This document shows, in pieces, positions 1 to 12,404 of a stretch of DNA of 45,222 bases (the first letter of the stretch is position 1; each line of letters starts with the position of its first letter). The translations under genes and the position numbers were made by a program. Source of the DNA: Octopus sinensis (Eukaryota). The notes beneath the pieces are model-generated. The model searched no databases, was not told the origin of the DNA, and was given only the letters and a program-made list of their open reading frames with translations. The stretch is taken from the NCBI RefSeq assembly GCF_006345805.1, contig NW_021834818.1:1-45222 (forward strand), written 5' to 3'.

Positions 1-803
1 GTGAACCTTCGGTGAGGTTCACATCAATTTCGGGTTAATATGTTATCATTAGAGGTGAAAACTGCTTAAAGGCATTGTTGTTGGTAAGTGAGTGTGCTCA
101 GCAAACCTTATTGGATATTATGGACTGAGGTTCTAAAATTTGATGCAAATGAGTCTGTGTAGTTGGTGAAACAGTATGTATTCGGATACAGAATCGGATT
201 AATGATTAAACTATCTGAGTGAAGATTGCATAGAAAGGGATTAGAAAATAGGATTTCATAGGAATTTATATTATTAATTGGATACGTCAATAAGCAATAA
301 CAGTTTGAGCACATTGTGCTGCACTTGGTTTTTAATTATATAATTAGTATTAGTTGATAATTTTCGGGCAAATTGTAGTTGTCCTTCAGTTTTATTTTAT
401 ATATAATGTATATTTGGAATATACAGAGATAAGAGAATCAAGAAGAAAATAAGTGAATTTGTGAGCTTCAGTTGAAAGAAAAAGCTTGGGAGAAATTACG
501 GATTTTTTTATCATTAAAATTACTTTGTAGTAAAAATGCGTCAAGTCTATATAACTGTCCAGAAATATATAAGAATCTGGTCTTTACGCATTTATAATAT
601 ATGTGCTAACATGACTGTGAACTGCTGTTGAGGTCTTTGATACCAATTGACATCAAAACATATATTGGTATACTGTTTAAACTAAATACAGTTATCTTAA
701 TCAAAGCCGCTTTTATCTTTTAACCAAATGAATAATGTTGTCTAGTATATGTAGTTTCTTCCTTATTTAGTTGATGATTGACATTCGTTTTATATGACAT
801 GTA

Positions 804-1045
804 CTCTTTCACTCTTTTCCTTGTTTCAATCATTTGACTGCGGCCATGCTGGAGCACCGCCTTTAATCGAGCAACTCGACACCGGGACTTATTCTTTTGT
901 AAGCCCAGTACTTATTCTATCGGTCTCTTTTGCCGAACCGCTAAGTAACGGGGACATAAACACACCAGCATCGGTTGTCAAGCAATGCTAGAGCGACAAA
1001 CACAGATACACAAACACACACACACACACACACACACCACACACA

Positions 1046-1117
<72 letters not shown>

Positions 1118-1296
1118 TATATATACACATATATACGACGGACTTCTTTCAGTTTCCGTCTACCAAATCCACTCACAAGGTTCTGGTCGGTCCAAGGCTA
1201 TAGTAGATGACACTTGCCCAAGGTGCCACGACGTGGGACTGAACCTAGAACCATGTGATTGGTAAACAAGCTACTTACCACACAGCCACTCCTGCG
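804..1296 (-). mobile_element. tRNA-derived SINE, family 1 (octopus-type), with internal (TA)n/(TG)n
   Basis: Head gcaggagtggctgtgtggtaag...ggttcagtccca-like box, then gtggcaccttgggcaagtg; near-identical to 11046-11493. Confidence 0.85.
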
Positions 1297-1367
1297 TGTG
1301 TGTGTGAGAAAGAGAGAGAGAGAGAAAAACGAAGAGAGGGATCGAAAGAAAATACATGCTAACTCAC

Positions 1368-1474
1368 AGCTCTAGATACGTTTTCTGTGGTGTTTACATT
1401 TTCAGTTAACTTCTTAAAAGTCGAATATGCGTCCACGGTAAAAATCAGATGAAGTTCAAAGGAATGCGTCCAAC
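1368..1474 (-). CDS. Exon after the LU domain: (G)WTHSFELHLIFTVDAYSTFKKLTENVNTTENVSRA; domain unassigned, weakly SEA-like
   Basis: tttcttttatgttcttgaatag| ... |gtgagt; 107 bp, open in the phase-1 frame required by the upstream exon; two N-glycosylation sequons. Confidence 0.75.
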
Positions 1475-2166
1475 CTATTCAAGAACATAAAAGAAAAACC
1501 TAGACATTGCAATTATAAATGAGACACGTGCCACGGATGCACTGAGTGGCATATACTATGAACATAGAAATATATATTTAACAGTGTGTTGTTATATAAT
1601 CACGGGTTATTTAATACCCCGTATGAAACCAATTGCTAATATCAGTTGTAGTCGGTCTATAATACCGTATACTTTCATTAATATAGCCAGTCTACGGACA
1701 AATATGCAATTGCATAATTGTTTGGCTTATGGATTCTTACACGAGAGAGATGGATGAAAATATAGGATTATTTCAATATTATTTAAATATGATTCATATG
1801 CATATGTATATTTTCAGTGTGTGTTTACTTTTGTAACTGCCTTTGTGCGATGCGTTATACCCAGTTACCTTTAATATGTTCTGCCTAAGGTCTTGTATGG
1901 TTGAGAGAGTCACTGGCTAGATTTCACTTTTAGGCATAGGAGATTGGAGTGTAGGTAATATGCATATGCAGGGTTTACTCACGGATATGTGTGTATGTAT
2001 ATACAGAAGTTCAGCAAAAATTTAGATTCAAATGAATATGGTACTTAATTGGCTGATGAGTACTCAGCATTTTAAAACTGTTGTAATACTTACAACATTT
2101 AATAAAATGATGTAGTACGAAACGATCGTACCAAATTACCGGAGTCATTCTTGTTGCTTATTTTGA

Positions 2167-2205
<39 letters not shown>

Positions 2206-2207
<2 letters not shown>

Positions 2208-2327
2208 CGTTACTGTGTAGTAGATTTGCTTCCCAATCGCAAAGGATTCAGTCCCACTGTGTGGCACATTGAGCAAGTGTCTTAGCCTTATTAGTGGATT
2301 TGATAGACACAAAGTGAAAGGAGCCCG

Positions 2328-2332
<5 letters not shown>
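2206..2332 (+). mobile_element. Degenerate SINE family 1 head
   Basis: gattcagtcccactgtgtggcacattgagcaagtgtc...gtgaaaggagcccgtca. Confidence 0.65.
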
Positions 2333-2396
<64 letters not shown>

Positions 2397-2780
2397 CATA
2401 TGCATACATACATATATGTACATACCTACATCTATATGTATATATGAAACACGCATTGAGTCGAAGCAGGGGCAGCTGATGAAGGGGAATATTCCTAGTA
2501 TTGTTTGTCTTGTACTCTGTTTTTTCGTTGTTAAAAAAGTCCGTTTTCTTGTTTGGTTTTATGTTTTCGTTTCTCGTTGTGTTCTACGTTTATTTGTGGT
2601 GTCCTGTACTCATATATGCATGTATATATACATATAGATGTAGGTATGTACATATATGCATGTATATATGCATATGTTTTATTTATTAAATTGTTATTAT
2701 ATGATTGAACGCCGCGCGTTATTTTCTTCTTCTCCAAGTAAGTTTATATATATATATATGTGTGTGTGTCTGTGTGTCTT

Positions 2781-2813
<33 letters not shown>

Positions 2814-3028
2814 GGAGAGAGAGAGAGGAGGAGGAGAGAGAGATTCAATTAAAGGTTAGGTATCTCTTTAAGTAATAAAACATCCGATGAAATCATTGGT
2901 GTATGACCTAAGATAACTGCTGAGATATTATATTTAATATTCAACCATAAGGTAATAGAATAATCTGTGGTATACGATTGTTTAAAAATAATAAGAAAAC
3001 AGAGATAGACAAATTAATAATTATTTAT

Positions 3029-3351
3029 TAATTACAGAAATAGACATAGTCTCTGACAGCTGTTTCGGAGTTAACAAAATGAATATAAATTGATATCTAT
3101 TTATAGAAGTTATAAATATAAATATAAATACAAATATACCTCCTCACCCCTTATAAGGTTTATACCATGTTCTTTCTATAAAACAATATTCAGTTAGCTG
3201 TCATGCTCTGTACACTAAAAAAATCATGTAATTGTATATCTTTTTGCTACCTTTGTCGAGATTGAACTTTATAGTGTTTTAAATTATTCTAGTTAATTTC
3301 TAAAGATCGAATCGAAACAGCTGTCAGAGTCTATGTATATTTTTGTAATTA
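3029..3351. repeat. 39-bp inverted repeat (3029-3067 / 3313-3351), possibly Penelope-like termini
   Basis: ...ctctgacagctgtttcg / cgaaacagctgtcagag... Confidence 0.7.
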
Positions 3352-3384
3352 ATTATTAACTTTTCCATCTTTCCATCTCTATTA

Positions 3385-3387
3385 TCT

Positions 3388-3419
<32 letters not shown>

Positions 3420-3612
3420 CATACATACATACATACATAAATACATACATACACACACATATATATATACACATATATATATAGACATACATACATACAT
3501 ACACACACATATATATGTACACATTTATATATAGACATACATACATACATACATATATACATACATACATACACACATATATATGTACATATATATATAT
3601 ATATACACACAC

Positions 3613-3643
<31 letters not shown>

Positions 3644-3745
3644 ATATACACATATATATATTCAAATATATATATATACACATACATACATACATATATA
3701 CATACATACATACTACATACATACATACACACACGCACACACATA
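3385..3745. repeat. Compound (TA)/(TACA)/(CA)n microsatellite
   Basis: Direct reading; similar tracts at 10240-10720, 22490-22600, 22955-23060 and 28890-29090. Confidence 0.95.
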
Positions 3746-3763
3746 TGTAAAGATGCGTATACA

Positions 3764-3912
3764 GGTGCAGGGATAGCCAGATGGTTAAATGGTTCGACAC
3801 ATACTTAAGAATTCAGTCCTACTGCGTAGCACCTTAGGCAAGTGTTTGCTACTCCGGCCGATCAAACCCTGATTTGTAAATTTCAGATATCTAAACTGAA
3901 AAAAGCCCTGTA
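3764..3912 (+). mobile_element. Degenerate SINE family 1 head
   Basis: ttcagtcctactgcgtagcaccttaggcaagtg...aactgaaaaaagccctg. Confidence 0.6.
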
Positions 3913-4218
3913 TATGTCCATATATGTGTGTGTTAAAAAACGTACTCTTTGTTAAAAAACGTACTCTGAAAATCGCAAGCGCTTTTCCTGTCAACAAATC
4001 ATTCAATCGTTCCATGCATTGGAAGAAATGTAAAATAAGAAATTCGTTACCAGAAAATGCGTAAGCATTAGTGATAGGAATGGCATTCGATTGTAAAACA
4101 ATTGTTGTATAGTATATCCGTCTAACCCATGACAACATGGATAACGGTCGTAAACCCAATGAAGGTGCAATGCATGCATACTTGATATATAAATGTGTGT
4201 GTGCGTATTTGTGTGAGC

Positions 4219-4260
<42 letters not shown>

Positions 4261-4550
4261 TGAGAGAGAGAGATTTGTATATATGTGTGTGTATATCTAT
4301 GTATATATATATGTACATATAGGTGTATGATATACATACAACACTCACACACATGCGCATATATATTATATATTATATAGTATATATGTGAGTATATGTG
4401 TGTGTGCGTTTGTGTTTGTGTGTGTACACAGTAACTCATTTTATCATATATCAACTATTATCCAATCTTCATATTAAACATCCATCTATAAATAAATCAG
4501 AAATATTAAATTTCTAAATATCTCATAGAGATATGTACGGTGGTGGAGCG

Positions 4551-4764
4551 ATAGAGTGGTGGTTGTATACTGTCAAATTAACGTGACAGCCCTGTAAGGG
4601 ATTTACACCACTGCTGTTTAGCCCTAGGAAGCATCGACGCTTCCTGTCGGCCTTGACACATTTAAGGCCGACAGGAAACGTCGATGCTTCCTAGGGCTAA
4701 ACATCGGTGGTGTTATTCCCTTACAGGACTGTCACGTTAAGTTGGCAGTATACAACCACTCTAT
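4551..4764. repeat. Long near-perfect inverted repeat (foldback/MITE-like hairpin)
   Basis: Arms 4551-4654 and 4664-4764, 9-nt loop. Confidence 0.92.
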
Positions 4765-4808
4765 AAATAAATCAGATGCGATTAAACCAAAGAATTAACA
4801 ACACTTAC

Positions 4809-4992
4809 CAGGGAAATCATTCTTATTGCATAAGTTGTCTCTGCAACAAGCAACACAAGCAGTGCCATTGGACCAATTTTTGCATGTAAGGGAATTGTTT
4901 CTGAAAGCTTCAAGGCAGTTGTTGTATGTGCTGCAGGATCTTTGAAACTTCAATGTACTGCCATCCACTGATAGCCCATATTGGCAGAGAGG
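4809..4992 (-). CDS. LU/Ly6 domain, C-terminal exon: PLCQYG...CVACCRDNLCNKNDFP
   Basis: cttcattgttacag| ... |gtaagt; 184 bp, phase 0-1; CCxxxxCN signature. Confidence 0.92.
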
Positions 4993-5022
4993 CTGTAACA
5001 ATGAAGATAACAGCCATATAAT

Positions 5023-5252
5023 ACTTATTTCTTTATTACCCTCAAGGGGCTAAACATAGAGAGGACAAACAAGGACAGAAAAACGGATTATCTCGATTAT
5101 ATCGACCCCAGTGCTTAACTGGTACTTATTTAATCGACCCCCGAAAGGATGAAAGGCAAAGTCGGCGGAATTTGAACTCAGAACGCAGCGGCGGACGAAA
5201 TACCGCAAAGCATTTCGCCCGGCTTGCTAACGATTCTGCCAGCTCGCCGCCT
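5023..5252 (-). mobile_element. tRNA-derived SINE, family 2, with 15-bp target-site duplication
   Basis: ggcggcgagctggcagaatcgttagc...gttctgagttcaaattccgcc; TAACAGCCATATAAT at 5008-5022 and 5253-5267. Confidence 0.9.
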
Positions 5253-5599
5253 TAACAGCCATATAATGCTACCAAACGAACGTCGACAATAGCAACGCAG
5301 GATTTTTAGCATGTAAAAGTCAAATCTTTACTTCAAAAATTATTCAAGACAACAAATGAAACTGAAACAAAGCTGTTGGGAGATGAGTTTCAGTCATCCC
5401 CTGTATAATATATTGACATATTCCACTTATACATGATGCGTTATAAATGCTTACACTATCCACCGTTATCATACGGCCGATGAAGTACGGCACATATCAA
5501 TACCACACCTCTTCCCCACCCATAATAAAGCGCAAAATATTACAACTTACTCTGATACAAGCAGTATTCTTTAGCCATAGCTGAATAGCGGAATGGACT

Positions 5600-8500
5600 T
5601 TAAATTTTGTGCACAAAACACACGAAAAACCACGCGTGCAAACCTCATGAATAACAGAAAAAAGACAGCGGCACACGTCACAGAAAGCGGTTGTCTTAAT
5701 AGGCTCCTCAAGCCTTGCAATGCAAAAGCAAAGACATGTATAAATTGATACCGGATATATATGTTTCTATTCTACGTGTATATTTTATAGGTACGGAGTA
5801 AAATACAATTTTGTCGCATGAAATTTGGAGAGAAAATCGCCCTCATAACCGGGTAACAACAAACTTGTTAGCATAATACTGTATATCTTCAAAACGCAAA
5901 TAATGTCAGAAATTGAAGAGAGTATCACAAAGGAAGGATACCTGTTCTCATACCTTTCGTTCCCATCAACACAACTCTTTCACTATACTACCAGACAGAA
6001 GAAAGCTGCCTAGCCTGCCCGGTAGAAAGAGGTCAGTGAGTCAATCCTCGCGATAGACTTCGCTATTAACCGGATATGTTCCACACGTGATGGCAGCTGT
6101 TCCATAACTCTGCAAATCAGCTTTGCCCAGACACTGAGCATGAGGAACGATTTCATCTCTCTGCGCGCCTCTCAGACGGCCTCATTTAATATGTTTCTGT
6201 ACTTGCAGAGTTTAAGTCGCACCTGAAGCATCTGTTCGCAGCACATGTAAAGCAAAGGCTTCTGCCAATGTCCCATTGAAGACTTCGATCCGAAACTCCT
6301 CCGGAACGGACTAGGCAGTCCATTTCTATCAGCACCCAGAGATTCAGCGAGAATATAGTTACTCTTCTCCGCCGTTAAAACTCTATAAGTTATGGAGAGA
6401 AACATCTATCGATTTCGTTATCCGCATATCTGGGGGGTTTGACCACCTGATGGCATCGTAGATATCAAGGGCAGAGTTTCGCTCTTTGCTTTATTAAGAT
6501 GGAGCACCTGATGAACGGAACACGTCCCTTGCACGACGTTCCAAAGCGATCGCGTGGAAACTGGATCTAGGCACTATTGTCTGGCTAAACAATAACACAA
6601 GCAAGGTGAGACTTTATCACGTCTGCCAAGATTTCACAGGATTTTTCAGACCATGTTTGGATAAGACTGGCGACCCTGCTCATTGTTATATCTCAAATTT
6701 TGTCCGCCTGGACGTAAAAAGCTGTCCAAGCCCCAAGTAGCTTAACCGGTCTGTAAGTCCAGCATAGCACGACGCCCTTCCCCGGCATGAACATACCTCT
6801 CCAGAAGCCGAGCTACAAACTCGCAAGATCTCTAACTTGTCTGAGTAGATTTTAAGCCTTGCCATCTTTCCATATAAACTTTGAAAATATAGCAAACTCT
6901 TTCCCATCGGTGTTATCCGATACCATGGCGATGACGTGGTTGGCATGTGCTGGCAAGGCTTTTGCTGTTTGAAAGTTATGCCCCTCAACTATTCTAGCTT
7001 CTCCTGTAATGGATCAACAGCCAGGACCTACAAGAGAGGCAAGAGGGAGCAACCCTGTTGAACTGATTGAATTTAAGTTTTTTAAGAAGTTAGCCTTAAC
7101 CATAGTGCAGGTGTTGCAGTACATTGCAGCGATTCAGCTTGTGAAAATAAACAGGATCGAACTCGCCAGATTTTAGTATACGTTCGAAATAATGATTGTA
7201 GACCCAGTCGAAACCTGTTGATCAGGACCATGTTTGAAGCCAGTTTTGTTCCATCAATATGATGCATGAGTTGGCAGGTTTCCAAGGTGGACATTTTCGT
7301 GATAACATACTCTTGCACTTCCTCGACCAGATCACTAAAGGCAAGCACCACCCATTTTGCTAACACCTTGGCTAAACTATTATACTGTGTTTAGCGGAGT
7401 TATTGGACAACAATTGTTAGTTACGTCTCCCATAATGACCTCTTTTCTCAACAGCGTTAACACTCCCCAGCTCATACTGCTAGGGATTCTCCCGTTCAGT
7501 AGCCAACTGCAGTAGACGTCTTTCAAAAGGTCATCATAGAAATCTGACATGAATTTGTAACACTCGGAAGGCAGACTATGAAACCCGAGCTGTTTGTGCC
7601 TTGTGCAAGCGCTCGTTACCTCCAGTATTTCATATGCTGCAATCGGCTTTTTTTCCTGCAACTCATATCTGTGTCGGTAGTCATTGAAGTAAACAATGAA
7701 GTACACCTGTCTTCTCCGATCTACGGTTTGTTCCGAACACTCACGGAAAGTGCAGCTGGAAAGCTGCACATAGTGTTCGGAACCGACCAGCATGTAGCCG
7801 TTTCGATCTCTAAAAGATCAGATTGTATTTTTGTTGCCACGTTGCTCATCTTCCACACGAGCCGAACGAACAGCTTTTGTTCCTTCATATTTTAGCGAAG
7901 AAGCTTCTACTCTGAGAGCACAGTCTTCTTGCTTTACAAGGAAACATTTGTCAATGGTCAAAGTCGCTACTAGCATGTCGGTCGCGATGCTTCTATCAAT
8001 TAATTCTCTTCTAATGCTCATTAGATCTCTCTTCACTCTATTTTCTTCTGTCAGTAACACGTTGCTAAATGCATTCGATTCTCATTTAATCGGCCTCCTA
8101 AAGACATCCGACTACCAACAACTGATGGTCACTTCCATCAGTTGCTACTTAACGAATTTATTAATCTTGTTCCTGTAAAATTATTCTTGCTCCTTGTCGA
8201 GACACTTGTAACCTGCAGTAACTGTGTTCCCGTTTGAACCTGGATTTAGTTGACCGCGTAGATCAATAATTTGTCTGTTTTGTAGACTTCTTTGAAAAAA
8301 AGATCCCACACTCTCCTTATCCTCTGGCCTAGCACATTACTCTTTCTCAGACGATCTGGATAGCCCACTCTTGTTGTCCGATGTTCACACTGGCGCAGTT
8401 GAAAACTTCTAAGCGGGATTTTGACGTTTTTGTAACCTCTTCATTGTTATTGCGTTAGTATTGCGTCTAAATGCAGTTCCAAATACCCCTAGTAAATATC

Positions 8501-8680
8501 AGAACGTCCCTAAAAAAGCTGCCAGACGTCAGGAGAAATCGAGACGTCCTTTTTTTCTGTTGTAGCATACACAGCCACTCGGCACCCTCGCTGTGCAGTG
8601 GTTGTGCTTTCAGATCTTTGTGCAGCAGGGGCCAAAAGAACTGCTTATACTATGAAATTTAAGGATTTCCAGTATAACAA
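5600..8680 (-). mobile_element. Decayed Tx1/L1-clade LINE ORF2 (APE-RT-zf remnants)
   Basis: Fragments such as GRIPSSMSWGVLTLLRK...CPITPLN match the RT at 44200-44320; the C-terminal part matches 14420-14700. Many stops; boundaries approximate. Confidence 0.75.
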
Positions 8681-9106
8681 TGCAACCCAATCGCCCAAAC
8701 ACAACATTTTACGAGATAAGAATATATTAGCCATCAACTATGAACGTGGGTGCGAGCGGTCCAGAGGTCCTGCCCCGCTAGTCGCTACATTTATGTAGAG
8801 GGATTTGTATTCAAGCTGATTCCTGGTTACGTACATTCATACACCCAACTGAAAGTGATGTTTGCCTGAGACAAAGAGAAAAAAGTCAAGTCTGAAGCTT
8901 GTGGTTTCGATTCCCGGACCGGTTGATACTTTGTGAATTAAACACGACACTTCCTCATATAGTGTTCCAGTCTGCTCTGTTGTAAACGAGTATCAGCTTT
9001 GAGTTGGTCGTCCCTCTCTCTCTCGCCTTCAATTCTCATATCCTTGGCACCCAACTGAGTCGTGAAATTGGAATACCGAGAGAGTGTTTTCCTTCTGACT
9101 ACATAT

Positions 9107-9337
9107 ATTTCTTTATTACCCACAAGGGGCTAAGCATAGAGGGGACAAACACGGACAGACAAAGGGATTAAGTCGATTACATCGACCCCAGTGCGTAACT
9201 GGTACTTAATTTATCGACCCCGAAAGGATGAAAGGCAAAGTCGACCTCGACGGAATTTGAACTCAGAACGTAGCGACAGACGAAATACCACTAAGCATTT
9301 CGCCCGGCGCGCTAACGTGTCTGCCAGCTCGCCGCCT
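9107..9337 (-). mobile_element. SINE family 2, second copy
   Basis: Near-identical to 5023-5252; no clear TSD. Confidence 0.9.
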
Positions 9338-9453
9338 TAGTCACCGAAAACAATTAGCAAAAGCATGGTTCAAGCTACCTGGTCATACTGAGTTGCTATT
9401 GACGGTTATGGACATATTTTGATAGAGAGGAGGAAAGTAACATTTCATTTTAC

Positions 9454-9545
9454 CAGTAGTCCTGGACAACTTCTCATTTGCGAATGATCGCAAATCATCC
9501 CTGAACATGTTTGACACTGCAAATTCTTTTGAAATAAAGTCTTTC
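9454..9545 (-). CDS. LU/Ly6 domain, N-terminal exon: KTLFQKNLQCQTCSGMICDHSQMRSCPGLL
   Basis: ttttatattctgtag| ... |gtaaaa; 92 bp, phase 1-0; LxCxxC start typical of LU domains. Confidence 0.88.
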
Positions 9546-9829
9546 CTACAGAATATAAAATAATATAGTGTTGGAATCAATGTATGTTAGATAAATAAAG
9601 GAAATAATCAATTATAACTATGCACGTCTTTTTTTTTAATTATCTTTGGGAAATGTTTCAGTTTTGTCACAAATTCAACTAAGAAAATCATGCAACCTAA
9701 TTGCTGTGTTGCTTCTATATCCCACTTTCACAAAGACCTGCAATTATCCAAAGAGGGAAATTACTCCAAGTTATGATTACGCTGCTATAGAGTTAGCTTC
9801 CGTTAAAACCTGGGAATATCTTTTAAATT

Positions 9830-10230
9830 ATGTCACAGGCAGCTCCTTCACAGTGTCCTCTCAGGAGAAACCGCCTTAACACTTTCCAAGCGCGACCAAC
9901 TAAGACTATGTATATCATCCAACCACCTTGCTTTGTTCTACTCCTAGGCCCCCAAAGATCTGCTTCTAAGTCCCCGGCACAACGAATCCATCATTCTTGC
10001 ACTATTTTCATCTTACATCCATAGTACCGGAGCTGTGACTTCTCAATGATCTCCTTGCTACCCTTCACTTCTTTATTATTCGGCAGTTAGCTACTTAATT
10101 CCTTAATTACGAAATGTGTTTCCTTATCAGTCATTCACTCACTATGCAATGGTTGTCAAAACATTTCCTCCTCAATAGCAAGTACTCTCTACTCCAGGTT
10201 AGTTTTAGATATGTCGTTTGTCTGCTAGAC
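9830..10230 (-). mobile_element. Degenerate RTE-like LINE 3' fragment
   Basis: KSQLRYYG ... G.RSRTK.GWLDDI-like motifs across broken frames. Confidence 0.45.
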
Positions 10231-10237
10231 TTTTAGT

Positions 10238-10292
<55 letters not shown>

Positions 10293-10512
10293 ATATATAT
10301 ATATATATATATATATAAAGAGATAAGTGTATTTTTGCCTTGTTAAAAATTAACACGGAAAAAATAAATAAATAGTAACCAGGATAGCAAAAGATCACAC
10401 GAGTAAAGTGGTTGTAACTCGTTTTTAAAGGTAGAAACTTCGTCTTTACGTGAAATTTTTTGTATAAGAAAAATAAATAAATAAATGGATTTTAACGAAG
10501 GTAAACTCCACT

Positions 10513-10545
<33 letters not shown>

Positions 10546-10546
10546 G

Positions 10547-10585
<39 letters not shown>

Positions 10586-10605
10586 TATGCATGTATGTAT
10601 GTATG

Positions 10606-10645
<40 letters not shown>

Positions 10646-11045
10646 CATGTATGTATGTATGTATGTATATATGTATGTATATATATATGTATGTATATAT
10701 ATGTTATATGGATGGCGATGGGATTGTGAAAGAGAGAGAACGAAAGATAATAAGAGACAACAATAAAGGAGACGGAGAGAGAGGGTATGTGCATGTGTGT
10801 ATCTGTATATGTGTGTGCACGCTTTTATACATGCAGTCACTTTGGTGGCCGTGTGCGCGGATCTATGTTTGTGTGGTACAGTTGATTCTGTGAGTGCTTT
10901 AGAGAGAATATGAGTGTTTGTCTCCGTGTGCCGCTGTGTGTGTGTGTGTATGTGTGTATGCATGTGTGCACGCTGGTTCATGTGTTTAGTGGGTGGGGGG
11001 CGTGGTATTTGCGAAGGGTGTGGATGGTAAAGCGTTCTTTATATA

Positions 11046-11294
11046 CTCTTTCTCTCTTTTTTTCAGTCTTTTTACTTGTTTCAGTCATTTGGCTGCGGCC
11101 ATGCTGGAGCACCGCCTTTAATCGAGCAACTCGACCACGGGACTTATTCTTTTTGTAAGCCCAGTACTTATTCTATCGGACTCTTTTGCCGAACCACAAA
11201 GTAACATGGAGATAAACACACCAGCATCGGTTGTCAAGCAATGCTAGGGTGACAAACAGACACACAAACACACACATGCATATATATATAAATA

Positions 11295-11333
<39 letters not shown>

Positions 11334-11671
11334 GACGGGCTTCTTTTCAGTTTCCGTCTACTAAATCCACTCACAAGGCTTTGGTCGGCCCGAGGCTATA
11401 GTAGAAGACACACATTCCCAAGGTGCCACGCAGTGGGACTGAACACGGAACCATGTGGTTGGTAAGCAAGCTACTTACCACACAACCACTCCTAAACCTA
11501 TAATATATACGACAGGCTTCTTTCAGTTTCCGTCGACTAAATCCACTCACAAGGCTTTGGTTGGCCTGAGGCTATAGTAGAAGACACTTGCCCAAGGTAC
11601 CACGCAGTGTGACTGAACCCGGAACCATGTTGTTGGTAAACCAGCTACTAACCACACAGCCACTCCTGCGC
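11046..11671 (-). mobile_element. SINE family 1: full copy (11046-11493) plus a second head (11505-11671) in tandem
   Basis: Two consecutive copies of the head/core sequence seen at 1135-1296. Confidence 0.85.
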
Positions 11672-11784
11672 CTTTATCTTTTGGCCCTGATTCAAAACAT
11701 AATTTGAGTAGCAGAGAATGACCTGAAGTTTTGTTATTGGTAAAAGTAAAAACAAACAACAGAAGTAAGGAAGAGTTTACTAAC

Positions 11785-11951
11785 CTTTACATTGTGAATA
11801 TTTCCTTATAGATATTAATTTATCTTTAGAGCCTAAATTTGTGTGACACTTGCCCTGAATTTTCACAGTTCTGTTGTATGTATTGTTTATATAATTTAAC
11901 ATAGCTGGAAGTTGACATCCACACATCATGTCTGTATTGTTTCTGAGGTCA
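11785..11951 (-). CDS. Last LRR plus LRR C-terminal cap (LRRCT) exon
   Basis: ttataattacag| DLRNNTDMMCGCQL...GKC...QCK |gttagt. Four-Cys CxC...C...C cap pattern; phase 2-1; overlaps ORF 11780..11968. Confidence 0.9.
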
Positions 11952-12010
11952 CTGTAATTATAAGACAACTTTTTAAAGTTATTATCATTATTATTATTAT
12001 TATTATATTA

Positions 12011-12319
12011 TCATTGTCATTTACTTTTAATCTGCATGTTTGATGCAATCACCTGCCGGGGCACACCCAGCGCCCTAGGGCAAGTGAAGGTTAAGAGTTG
12101 TTGAAATATAGCTGAAAGCTTGGGGAGGGGAAGTAGAGATATATCTCCATGTAATGCAAACACAAACATTTACATTGATAGGGTTTTTCTAAGGATGTGG
12201 GCAGTACTTGTTAGCACAATCTTTTGGATTTCCTTGAGACATGGTTTTCCAGGGATATTGTCTAGGTGTTTCTGACATCCCTTTTTTATCATACCTAGGG
12301 CACCTACAATAACCTACAA
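12011..12319 (-). mobile_element. R4/Dong-like LINE, extreme 3' fragment with (TAA)n tail
   Basis: IVGALGMIKKGCQKHLDNIPGKPCLKEIQKIVLTSTAHILRKTLSM*, homologous to the C-terminus of ORF 15471..16160. Confidence 0.8.
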
Positions 12320-12386
<67 letters not shown>

Positions 12387-12404
12387 ATTATTATTATTAT
12401 TATT
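12320..12404. repeat. (TAT/TAA)n microsatellite
   Basis: Direct reading. Confidence 0.97.

Noticed and set aside
1-22. 8-bp hairpin gtgaacct-tcggtg-aggttcac
   Set aside because: Too short and at the window edge; no context.
1-780. Search for the next exon (phase 0) after 1368; candidates after the AGs near 555 and 673
   Set aside because: Early stops or no convincing donor; the next exon is probably outside the window.
1135-1296. tRNA-like A/B-box sequences (also 5170-5250 and 8895-8925)
   Set aside because: They are SINE heads and do not form a complete cloverleaf.
975-4454. Many ORFs rich in YI/HT/CV repeats (also 10343-10981 and 15133-20250)
   Set aside because: Translations of (TA)n, (CA)n, (TACA)n and (TAT)n microsatellites.
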